A stretch of DNA of 64,000 nt from Fibrobacteria bacterium (lineage in GTDB: Bacteria; Fibrobacterota; Fibrobacteria; UBA11236), in assembly GCA_043745805.1 (NCBI GenBank), contig JAYTSD010000031.1:82731-146730 (forward strand), in the 5' to 3' direction. Positions 47,263-56,900 of this stretch are shown here, piece after piece; positions within the stretch are counted from its first letter, which is position 1, and each line of letters begins with the position of its first letter. The translations under genes and the position numbers were made by a program. The notes under the pieces were generated by a model, which saw only the letters and a program-made list of their open reading frames with translations, was not told where the DNA came from and did not search any database.

Positions 47263-49358
47263 CGAAAGAAATACACCGAGGTATCGCGATTACGCAGCCA
47301 CAAAGGTTTACCTTGAGAGAGTTGATTGGTAATGTCCACAGAAAACCATTTATCCGTTAAAAACACCGCTTGTTTTAAGGTGTAAATCATGCGTCCAGAG
47401 TGGGCGGTAGTCCATTCCCATTTAAAAGTTAAGTCTGTACTATTGGATAAAATTTGCGGCTTCACCGTGGCGGTATCAATAGTAAATGTAGTACTGTTCG
47501 TATCATTGGGGTTCACTAAAAAAGTAGCGACAACTGTATCCGAGCGCAGGCCTGGTCCTGCCCATAGGCTATCTGTTTGCGAATACTTCACATATAGGGA
47601 AGGCCCCATACCACGGACAATAGGCGGCAGAGTAAAGGCACTGTCGAAATAGACTCGGTCTTTTTGTTTTGGAATGATTTGCATCCATAAAGTATCATGG
47701 TCCGAAATTTTGGGAGGAAAGGTTGGATTCGTTGAACCAGAAAACGCTGCGGTAGAATAAATTTCCGAAAAGGCTAAGGTCAAGGAATCACCCCTTACAG
47801 CATGGGTGCTCCATCTCTGCCAAGTTGTGCGAGTTTGATTGTCTTTGACATAAATAACTAAGCTATCAATAGAAGTTTTTGTACTATCCTGTTTTTTCCA
47901 TTTAAGCATGGCCATATTAGTGGAAGAATCCGCTAATAAACTGCTTTTAATATTCAGAGAATCAAAACGAGCGTCTATGCCGGAATTAAAATAGGCCAAG
48001 TGAATTTTTTTAAGAAAAGAAAACGCGGAGTCTTGCGAAGTGGATGAACGTACAAAAAATGTACCTGTTACGGTATTTCCTCCGCTACCTGGCACCGTAA
48101 AGTCTGCCCCGGTCGCGGTTTTAAGAGCTAAAACATAGCGATAAAGTTTTCCTTCATTCCAGCCCGCATTTTTTTGCACTAAACGTAAAGTTTTTTTATC
48201 GACGCTTTGATTGGGCAAAATCAGAGTGGGCAAATCTCCATTTACCAACTGCACATCATACAGCTTTAAAGTATCCACCGCCTGATTGAAGATGAATACC
48301 AAGGTGTCCTTAGAAGATACGGTATCCGGTGGACCTTGCACTAGTATTGGCGCATCCGATATCGCTCCGGCTTCAAGTACCACGGGTTTTAAAGGGGTAG
48401 CTAAAGCAATATCAACTTGAGTAAGTTCTTGAATTAAACTCGGCTCTTTTGCAGCAGCATCTAAATAATATTTTAAAGTGCCGGCCATTTCCGGTACCGA
48501 ATCCAGCAAAAATTTTCCTAAAGAATCACCTTGAATATAAGTACGTGTTTCAAAAGTTTGCGGATAAGACAAGCTATCATTCTTTAACACAAAAACAATG
48601 CGGGCACCGCCTAAGCGTAAATTACCTTGCCCTTGCACTTTACGAAATACTTGCCCACTAACTTGATTGCTCAGGGGGCGTAAGCGAATGGGAAAGGAGG
48701 ATACGTATTTGCTTCCACTACTATCGCCTAATCTTTTTTCAATGGCAATATCTAGCTTTTGACCTAGGTAACCGGCATGTTCCACCAAAACATTGAATTT
48801 GCCAAAACCCAAATCGGTTAGCACAATTACTCCATCATGATTTTCATCGATGGCGCGATGGGGAATATGCAAACTATCGACATAGCTTATGCTTCCTGAT
48901 TTTAAAGCTTGTAAACTTTCGCCAGTAAGTGCAATTCGGTATTGTACCTTTTGATTAGTATCCGCAATTACAGTATTATGGTTTACCAACTTCACCAGCA
49001 AGATTTTGGGAATGGGGAGATGAAAGGTGGTGTCATTGGCCGTGCCAGTTACGGTGTCGATAAAATTTTTAGTGGTATAACCTATAGCACTAATTACAAA
49101 TAAAGTACGGGAACTGTTAATATTTGGCAAAACAGCTTGGCCATCAAGCGGACTAGTATAATAAGTGCTAGTATCTCCATTAATTTGCGTAATCCGGATT
49201 TTTGCACTGCCCACAATGGCACCGGATAAGCTATCAGTAATTATTACTGTATATTGCACCGCGGGTTGATCTGATCCGCTAGTTATATCTTGATCGCAGT
49301 GCACAAAAACGAAGCATAGCCAGCAGCTCAAAAAAGCAATAGTCAGCCATTTTTGCAT
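47259..49358 (-). CDS. Large exported (lipo)protein heading the secretion operon
   Basis: Signal peptide with Cys; beta-sandwich/Ig-like repeats; about 20 D-[S/T]-[AILVMT] motifs counted by eye. Confidence 0.75.
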   Translation of the reverse strand: MQKWLTIAFLSCWLCFVFVHCDQDITSGSDQPAVQYTVIITDSLSGAIVGSAKIRITQINGDTSTYYTSPLDGQAVLPNINSSRTLFVISAIGYTTKNFIDTVTGTANDTTFHLPIPKILLVKLVNHNTVIADTNQKVQYRIALTGESLQALKSGSISYVDSLHIPHRAIDENHDGVIVLTDLGFGKFNVLVEHAGYLGQKLDIAIEKRLGDSSGSKYVSSFPIRLRPLSNQVSGQVFRKVQGQGNLRLGGARIVFVLKNDSLSYPQTFETRTYIQGDSLGKFLLDSVPEMAGTLKYYLDAAAKEPSLIQELTQVDIALATPLKPVVLEAGAISDAPILVQGPPDTVSSKDTLVFIFNQAVDTLKLYDVQLVNGDLPTLILPNQSVDKKTLRLVQKNAGWNEGKLYRYVLALKTATGADFTVPGSGGNTVTGTFFVRSSTSQDSAFSFLKKIHLAYFNSGIDARFDSLNIKSSLLADSSTNMAMLKWKKQDSTKTSIDSLVIYVKDNQTRTTWQRWSTHAVRGDSLTLAFSEIYSTAAFSGSTNPTFPPKISDHDTLWMQIIPKQKDRVYFDSAFTLPPIVRGMGPSLYVKYSQTDSLWAGPGLRSDTVVATFLVNPNDTNSTTFTIDTATVKPQILSNSTDLTFKWEWTTAHSGRMIYTLKQAVFLTDKWFSVDITNQLSQGKPLWLRNRDTSVYFFR

Positions 49359-49582
49359 AAAAATCCCGGGTTAAGAACAGCTACGTAAAGGTACTAATTG
49401 ATTGTTTCATGTCAATTTAGAGGTTTGGGTTTAAAGTAAAACAACCTTGAATATTTAATCATCAAATGATTCATGTTAATCAATGGCATTAAAATACATT
49501 GGACAATTAGTACGTAAATTTTTGTAACAACTTGTTGCAAAATAATTAAAATTTCGGTTCCAAAAAATATTTAATATTTTTA

Positions 49583-49684
49583 TTGACATAGTGTTTTCTT
49601 AAAATTAGCTTCCAAGTTAGCTCCGCATTAGTTTTCCGCGGAACAATGAATATGCACTTTATGCCCCATATTCATTGGCGGAAA
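49583..49684 (+). promoter_or_regulatory. Sigma70-like promoter followed by a long leader hairpin
   Basis: TTGACA-N17-TAGCTT (49583-49611); stem tttccgc..caatgaatatg / catattcattg-gcggaaa (49633-49684). Confidence 0.5.
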
Positions 49685-49881
49685 TAGGATAGTGGTCGCT
49701 GCGCTTTTTATTTCGAGACAATAATTGATTTGGGAAATTTAATGATAATCTTATTATGGATGGTCATACCCTATCATGAAACTTTGCGTAAAAATTTCTG
49801 AATGCAATTAGAATGGATTTTTTGCCGAGAAAAAAAACTGGAAAATAAAGATTCCACATGGTTTTAAGAGGGAGAGAAAAA

Positions 49882-52326
49882 ATGGGAAATGAATTTAAAT
49901 GTCAAATACCGGCATTCATTCGGCTGCGCCATGGGGGCCTTGCGGTCGTATTAGTTGCATTGTGGGCAAGCTTTACTTTAGCCGCAAACCCTTTGACTGA
50001 TAGTTTAATTGTGCAATTGCTTTTCGATCAATCAAGTGGAATTACTGCACCTTATACTGGAAAAAGCTCTGGGAATGGAACGCTTACAGCAACTAAACCT
50101 ATTTGGAATAATACACTTATGGTACCAAATGGGGGAATCGGTGCTATAGATTTTGGCAAAGATTCACCAACTGGATCAGCTTATGCGGTTAACTTACCCG
50201 TTCTTTCAACCTTGCAAGGGCTTAAGTCTTTCACCATTACTGGATGGGTTAATTGTAGCCGCAATGTTACGGGATCGGGTGGTAATCGCATTCTCGATTG
50301 GGTCAAAAATACTGCTGGAGCAACTGGAAATCAAGGTGTCCAATTGGGAATTCGTGATGATGGTCATTTGGAATTGGGTTTTAATTCTTTAAGCGATGCT
50401 AGCGGTGTAAGTAGTAGTTCTAATATGATTCCAGCCGACACAACCACTCCTATGGCAAACTGGAGATTCTTTGCTGTTACTTATGATACGACTACCGTTA
50501 AGTTTTACTTCGGAGCTATTGGTGTGAATGCAAGTTTGGATGTCAGTAAATTTTATACTGGAAATCCAACGGTAGTGGGAGGCGCAATTGCAGAATTGGC
50601 CATCGGCAATCGTTCCCTTCTCAATCAAAATAGCGGCCATAATTTCCGTGGTCTCATGGATCAAATTCGTATATATGGAACTAAAGCAGCGGATGGAAAA
50701 GGTGTAAAAACTTTAAGTGAAATCATTGCTATTCAACAAAATTGCGTGGCTGCGGGTAAACCTGGATTAGTTTATGAGAAATGGGAAAATATTGGCGGTG
50801 GCAATGAAGTTAAATATTTAAAACTCACTCCAACTTATCCAGAAAATCCAACTTCATTTACAACGCTTTCAAACTTCAATGCTCCTAGAGGAGTGGGTGA
50901 TAATTACGGAGCGAGAGTAAGTGGTTTAGTTAAAGCCCCCGTAACGGGAAAATATGTTTTTTACTTAACCTCAGATGATGGAAGCGAATTGTATCTCTCT
51001 TCGGATTCTACCGTTGCAAATAAAGGGGCTAACCCCATTGCTTATTTGACGGCTTATACTGGTTATCAAAATTGGACATCCAGCGTAAATGCGACATCCA
51101 AAAAAGCTAGTGATTCGATTTCACTTACTGCGGGTAAATTTTATTACATCGAAGCTTTACTTAAGGAAAATGGTGGCGACGATCATTTATCTGTAGGGTG
51201 GGAATACAAAGCTACCGGTTCTTCAACCATTACTTCGGAACGTCCCATACCTGATAGTCGTGTTTTTATTGTCCCTGTTCCTTCTGATTTAGCCAATTAC
51301 CCATCGCAAATAAATGTTTACAAACCAGGAACCATAATGAAAAAGGGAACTTTGGGATGGAATGCTCAAAAGGATAATCCGCATCTATACCTTGCTACCG
51401 ATAGCGTAGAGCGTTTTCAAATTAAAGGCGATATAGTTAATATCCCCAAAAAACTTTCCTTTGGAACCTTAAGCTCTAATATGGATTATAATCTGGGTTT
51501 TCGTTGGGACCCAACTACTCCTGAAAGCATAGGGTCATTGTATTTAGAAGCAGGAAATGGTCAAAAAGTTTTTCGTGTAGAAGCTCCATCCGAAACTGAA
51601 CCTTATTTGGAGATTAATCAGCGACTTGATTTTCGCGGACCGGATGTCATTTTGCCAGGAACTACTCCCGAAACCTGGACCGCATTTTCAGGCTTAAACT
51701 ATTACTATGGATTAGGTTTCGATAGATATTTAACAACGCCAACTGGTTCAGAGCGAGAATTCTCATTGTTTAACGGAAGTACTTTAAAGCTTCAAAGAAA
51801 GACCATAGAAAATGGTGTTACTACATCCGTTGATAGTGTCGATTTATCTGCAAATGGGTTGCAATTTTTAACTACAGCGATTGATGAAGCTTATACAGCC
51901 ACTTTGACATTGAATTCGGCGGGAGTTAGCTATATCAATACTTCAGGGACGGAGTCTTTTTCCACGAACATTGGCGCGGGTGGAATTTCAACTACAGGTT
52001 TTATTCGTGCAGATGGCTACGTAAGTACACCTAAATGGAAGGTGATTCCTGATTTTGTATTTGAAAAAGGGTATAAGCGTAAAAGCCTTGAAGAGTTAGA
52101 AAGCTTTGTGAGAAAGCATAAACATTTGCCAGAAATCCCTAGTGCGAAGCAAATGAGCGAAGAGGGCGTGGATTTAGCAGTTATGAATTTGAAAATGTTG
52201 AAGTCTATTGAGGAATTGACTTTGAATGTAATTGCTATAAACAAAGAATTACAAACCGAGAAAAAACGCAATCGTCGTTTGGAAAAAACTATACAAAATC
52301 TCCATTCGAAGAATGAAGGGAAATAA
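49882..52326 (+). CDS. Exported adhesin-like protein: LamG + PA14 + C-terminal fibre-chaperone-like domain
   Basis: SFTITGWVN...WRFFAVTYD...F.GLMDQIRIY (LamG); NYGARVSG.VKAP.TG.Y.F...SDDGSEL (PA14); PDFVF...HLPEIPSA...IEELTL coiled-coil end. Track start is 49858. Confidence 0.85.
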   Translation: MGNEFKCQIPAFIRLRHGGLAVVLVALWASFTLAANPLTDSLIVQLLFDQSSGITAPYTGKSSGNGTLTATKPIWNNTLMVPNGGIGAIDFGKDSPTGSAYAVNLPVLSTLQGLKSFTITGWVNCSRNVTGSGGNRILDWVKNTAGATGNQGVQLGIRDDGHLELGFNSLSDASGVSSSSNMIPADTTTPMANWRFFAVTYDTTTVKFYFGAIGVNASLDVSKFYTGNPTVVGGAIAELAIGNRSLLNQNSGHNFRGLMDQIRIYGTKAADGKGVKTLSEIIAIQQNCVAAGKPGLVYEKWENIGGGNEVKYLKLTPTYPENPTSFTTLSNFNAPRGVGDNYGARVSGLVKAPVTGKYVFYLTSDDGSELYLSSDSTVANKGANPIAYLTAYTGYQNWTSSVNATSKKASDSISLTAGKFYYIEALLKENGGDDHLSVGWEYKATGSSTITSERPIPDSRVFIVPVPSDLANYPSQINVYKPGTIMKKGTLGWNAQKDNPHLYLATDSVERFQIKGDIVNIPKKLSFGTLSSNMDYNLGFRWDPTTPESIGSLYLEAGNGQKVFRVEAPSETEPYLEINQRLDFRGPDVILPGTTPETWTAFSGLNYYYGLGFDRYLTTPTGSEREFSLFNGSTLKLQRKTIENGVTTSVDSVDLSANGLQFLTTAIDEAYTATLTLNSAGVSYINTSGTESFSTNIGAGGISTTGFIRADGYVSTPKWKVIPDFVFEKGYKRKSLEELESFVRKHKHLPEIPSAKQMSEEGVDLAVMNLKMLKSIEELTLNVIAINKELQTEKKRNRRLEKTIQNLHSKNEGK

Positions 52327-52327
52327 A

Positions 52328-52690
52328 ATGCGAGTAACAAATAAATTTTCAATTAAAAAAATGTTGTTCGGATCGTTAATACTTACTGGATTAATTATCC
52401 TAAAAGAAACAGAAGCTCAAGCTGTGGTTTCCACTTCGTCGAGTGTTGCTCCAATTGATTCGACAAAAGTTCCTTTAACAGCTTCGCAAAAAGCAGCTTA
52501 TAAAGCCAAACGCGAAATGCGTGAAGCAACTTATAAAGATAGGCAGACTAAGGAAGACAAAAAAGAAGTGGACTATATGACGAAGCTACATGCTAAAGCT
52601 ATTGCCAATAAACAACAGGAAGATATGAGATTAGCCAAAGCGAAAGCTGATTCTTTAGCAAGGCTTGATAGTTCAAAGGTTGGGAAATAA
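52328..52690 (+). CDS. Small exported basic helical protein
   Basis: Signal peptide ending AQA; K/A-rich; DST and DSL motifs. Confidence 0.65.
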   Translation: MRVTNKFSIKKMLFGSLILTGLIILKETEAQAVVSTSSSVAPIDSTKVPLTASQKAAYKAKREMREATYKDRQTKEDKKEVDYMTKLHAKAIANKQQEDMRLAKAKADSLARLDSSKVGK

Positions 52691-53319
52691 TGAAACAATC
52701 GATATTTAGTTTTGTTGCTTTAGCCATCGCGATAGCGTCTTTGGTTTTTTCTTTTATGCATAAAGCGCCTAAAATAGGTTATGCTGAAACATCAGTGTTA
52801 CTGTCAGAATTTTCCGAAGCGATCAAGGCGAGAAAGCAATTTGAAGTAGCGCAGAAGGAGTGGGATAAAAATTTGAAACTTATCAATGATTCTATGATGG
52901 TGGCGATGAATCATATTAAGTCAGATTTCGATAAAGCTTCACCCAAAGAAAAAGAAGCTTTAGATCAAAATTTAAAAAAATGGAATGCTAATTTAAATCG
53001 TTATTCCCAAGCGGTTAAAAAGCAAAGCGAAGAAAAAGAAGCGGAATTAATGACACCCGTTATAAGCAATATGAACACTTATCTCAAGGTTTGGGGTGAG
53101 CAGCATGGTTATGACATGATATTTGGAACTTTGTCAGGTGGAAATATATTGCAAGCGAATTTGGCTTTCAATGTAACCTCAAAGTTTCTTCAAGACTTGA
53201 ATGAGCATTACAAAGATTTACCTGTTAGTGAAGCGAATAAAGTGACAACTCCTGCACCCATGACCAAGCCGCTTCCTATCTCAAAAGACAGTGCTGAAAT
53301 TCTAGGAAATGGAAAATGA
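52690..53319 (+). CDS. OmpH/Skp-family periplasmic chaperone
   Basis: KIGY, long coiled coil, 'GYDMIFG...GNIL.A...NVT'. Confidence 0.85.
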   Translation: MKQSIFSFVALAIAIASLVFSFMHKAPKIGYAETSVLLSEFSEAIKARKQFEVAQKEWDKNLKLINDSMMVAMNHIKSDFDKASPKEKEALDQNLKKWNANLNRYSQAVKKQSEEKEAELMTPVISNMNTYLKVWGEQHGYDMIFGTLSGGNILQANLAFNVTSKFLQDLNEHYKDLPVSEANKVTTPAPMTKPLPISKDSAEILGNGK

Positions 53320-53954
53320 AAAAAATAGGGTTCGCACTTATTTTACTTTTTAGCCTAATTTTAAATAGCTGTAAGGATAAAACGGTGAATCAAGTTCTGC
53401 ATCAATTGCAGAGCGAATCCTATGTGCAAAAATTAGTAGTGGGTAATCACAAATTAGAGTTTCGTTTTGTGCCTGAAACTTTATACTATCTCACTCGAAG
53501 TAATATTGACTCGACTCGTTCTTTCAGTAAAAAAATTATAGATAGCCTCAAACATAATCAGGGTGCTGGTTATGGGCTTATGTTTACTTTAACGATTGCT
53601 CCTAAAATTGATACCTTGTTACCGACCGATTTTCGTAATGACGTGATTTATGGGCAAATTACCGGAGAAGAAAATTATCGAAAGATTTTAGATGATTTTT
53701 TATTCGGACTTAAAACCAAAATATGGGTAGAGGCAAATGGAAAACGATTTGATTTGCTCACTTACAATATGTCGGATAGTTGGGGAATGAGCAAAAGCCG
53801 ATCCTTTACGCTTTTATTTGATTCCATTGATGCGATTTTACCGAGTAGTAAAGATGAGATTTTTTTAGTAGTAGAAAATTTGGTTCCCAGTCAGGGACGA
53901 AATCGGTTTAGTTGGAAGTTACCACTTAGCGATTATGACTTTATAAAAGAATAA
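53316..53954 (+). CDS. Lipoprotein of unknown function
   Basis: Lipobox LNSC after a hydrophobic leader. Confidence 0.75.
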   Translation: MKKIGFALILLFSLILNSCKDKTVNQVLHQLQSESYVQKLVVGNHKLEFRFVPETLYYLTRSNIDSTRSFSKKIIDSLKHNQGAGYGLMFTLTIAPKIDTLLPTDFRNDVIYGQITGEENYRKILDDFLFGLKTKIWVEANGKRFDLLTYNMSDSWGMSKSRSFTLLFDSIDAILPSSKDEIFLVVENLVPSQGRNRFSWKLPLSDYDFIKE

Positions 53955-53969
53955 GCATTAGGAAAAACC

Positions 53970-56900
53970 ATGCAGAAAAAAAGTATTCTAATCACATTAT
54001 TATTCCTAATGGGTGCAGTGCCGAGTGTTTTCGCTCTCTCCAGCGGACCCACTATGCCAGAGTACAATGATTTTGAATCCGTTGGTAATACGGATTTGGT
54101 GAATCTCGTTACTGGGGGATTTACTTATTCTATACCAGTAATGACCGTACCTGGGCCAGCTCTCGGTTTTCCAATCGTGTTAAATTATCACGGAGGTACT
54201 CGGCCAGAGCAAGAAGCTAGCTGGGTAGGGCTAGGCTGGAACATTCAGGGGGGTGCTATTACTCGTGAAGTAAACAATACTCCAGATGATTTTAAAGGAA
54301 TACCCATTCAGGAAAAGATTAATAGCACCCATATATACGGTTGGCAGGCTTCAATTGCTTGGAATGGTGCAACCGTTGGAGTTTCTTATAATTCCGAGCA
54401 AGGATATGGAGGGATGGTAGGGTATTCATATCATATTGATGGAACGCCTTTTTCCATTGGTGGTCAAGCTGGGGTAAATGGAGTATATGAGGGTGTTGGA
54501 ATAACTGGTGGATTGAGTGCAGGTAAGGCTATATCAGGAACACCTTTGAGTCTAGGTATGGGCTTATCGGTTGGAATTCATTCCAAGAATGGACTAACTG
54601 CGGGATATAATTACGGTATTCAGCATTCCGCGAATCCAAGTAAGCACATTGAAACTTCCTTAAGTTTGGCTAGTGTCGGCGCTTCGCTTTCCTCTTCTAG
54701 GGGAGTGAGTGCAGGAGCTAGTTTGGGGGTTTCCATGTCAAGTAGCAAATCAGTGCAAGGAGTTGTTTCGAAATTAGAGAGTAACGTTACTATTCCTTTT
54801 TATACTCCAGCAACAGGTTATATAGAATTCAATTGGGGGAATTGGGATATTTACATTAACGGGTTGCAGGAAGATTTTTATTACGGGTTTCTTTACTCCG
54901 ATGATTATGGAATGGATTGCGTTGGAGCCCCCTGTCATAACTCAACAACTACTTATGCAAGGTGTGATCAATGTAAAAACGATAGGAAAATGGTTAAAAA
55001 AATGGACTTTAATACTCCATCGGAATTTTTGCAAATTCAACCAGGGACAGAAGGGTCACTAAAATTAGGATATACTGGGGAAGATGTTTACTCCGTACAA
55101 TCGCAAGGTATGTCAGGAACATTTAAACCATATAGAACCGAGGATGGTGATTATTACACTTACTTATCGAATAAAGATTACACATATCAAAGTGGATGTA
55201 AATATATAGGGGATATTATTGATATCACTTGCGATCGAACGGAGACTGTAGATTATGGTGCCTATTTTGATGGAGGATTTACCAAGGATGGTATTGTAAT
55301 TCCAAGCAGGAATAGCCATAGTTCAGTTTCCTCTCGGAAAGAAAATATTGTATGGCGCTTTAATGAAGAGGCGGGTGGCGCACTTTATACAGATCCTGAT
55401 CCAACAAAAAGAGATTTGGGTTCCGTAGTAGCCGCTTCTTCAAAAAAAATAACCCCTATTTATGACAATGGACCAATAGTAGGTTGGGTGATAACTAGTG
55501 CCGATGGTGTAAAATACTTGTATAGCAAAGCAATGTACAATATTGTGGAACAAGAGATTAGTGCAGGAACTGCTGACCTCAAAGAATGGACACGTCGAGA
55601 AACTCCGGGTTATGCTTATGCATGGTTATTGACGGCGATTTACTCAACCGATTATGTTAGAATGGTCCCTCCTGATGAATCCAAACCGTGTAAAATTGGA
55701 AATGAAGCAGATTGCTTACCTCAGGATGGCGATTTAGGGGGTTGGGTAAAGTTTACTTACACTGATCCAAAAGTAGTGAATTGGAAAATACCTATTGGTA
55801 AAGCTGTTAGTCCATCTTCATATGGTCTTCGTACTGACGTACAAAGATTTTCCACTTCCTCAGGTATGAAAACAGTTAGTTATCTAAAAAATATTGAAAC
55901 GCCTACCCATAGAGCTGATTTTTTTGTTGCGGAGGATAGTAGATCAGACGGTATTCCGCCAGGATTACCAGAAATTGGTTTTGAACTTAATCACGATACC
56001 GAAATAAAACCTTCGGGAATATACGATCCAACACAAAATGAAGTTTGTGTTGGAGCGGATGGAGCAGTGAAAACAATTCCTCATACTTCTTATACTTTAA
56101 AAATTCCTGTACTAGGTATAACAAATGGGTTACCTTCGGGTACAACAATAAGTTTGTTGGGACGTAGAGAGATTCTGTACAAAAGAACAGAATTCTATTG
56201 GGGAGGTAGCTTTTTTAGAGGTTATTTTGCAGGTATCGGACCCGTTTGTAAAAGTGAATTTCAAGATCAATTAATGCTAGACCCTATTACTCTAACTGAT
56301 GCAATGAAAGATCCTGCGGATCCCACTCACTTTTTAGTTACCATTCCAAACACTTCCACACTTCAGAATGTTAGAGTAGTAATTGGAAAGATTCCTTTAA
56401 ATCAATCTTTAGCTCGCTTAGCTTATCTACATAGCATCACTTTAGTGAATAAGCAGTTTGGCGAAAAAAGTGTGGGGGAGGCTAGATTCGCATACGACTA
56501 TAGTTTAGCTGAAAATACACCTAATAGCGAAAGTTCATGGGGAAATAATCAAAGCGGAGATAAGGGACGCTTAACTTTAAAAGGAATTCAAATCGGTGCC
56601 TCATCTACTGGGCCTTGGAATCCTCCCTACACGTTTTCATATAGTAATACCGCCATAAAATATGATGTTGATAAAATCGACTATTGGGGATATTACTGTG
56701 CATCCTGTTCTGAATTAAAAAAAACACCTGATGGTCAGGCTGATATTTGGAATTTAAATAAAATTATAACGCCTTCTGGGAGTCAAATTGAAGTGGCTTA
56801 TGAACCCAAAACCATTGATTATACAGAAGGTATTCCAACGGTTATGGATGGTGATAGTGTTCAAAATTATTTTAGAATTAATACTGACGAAATAATTCTT

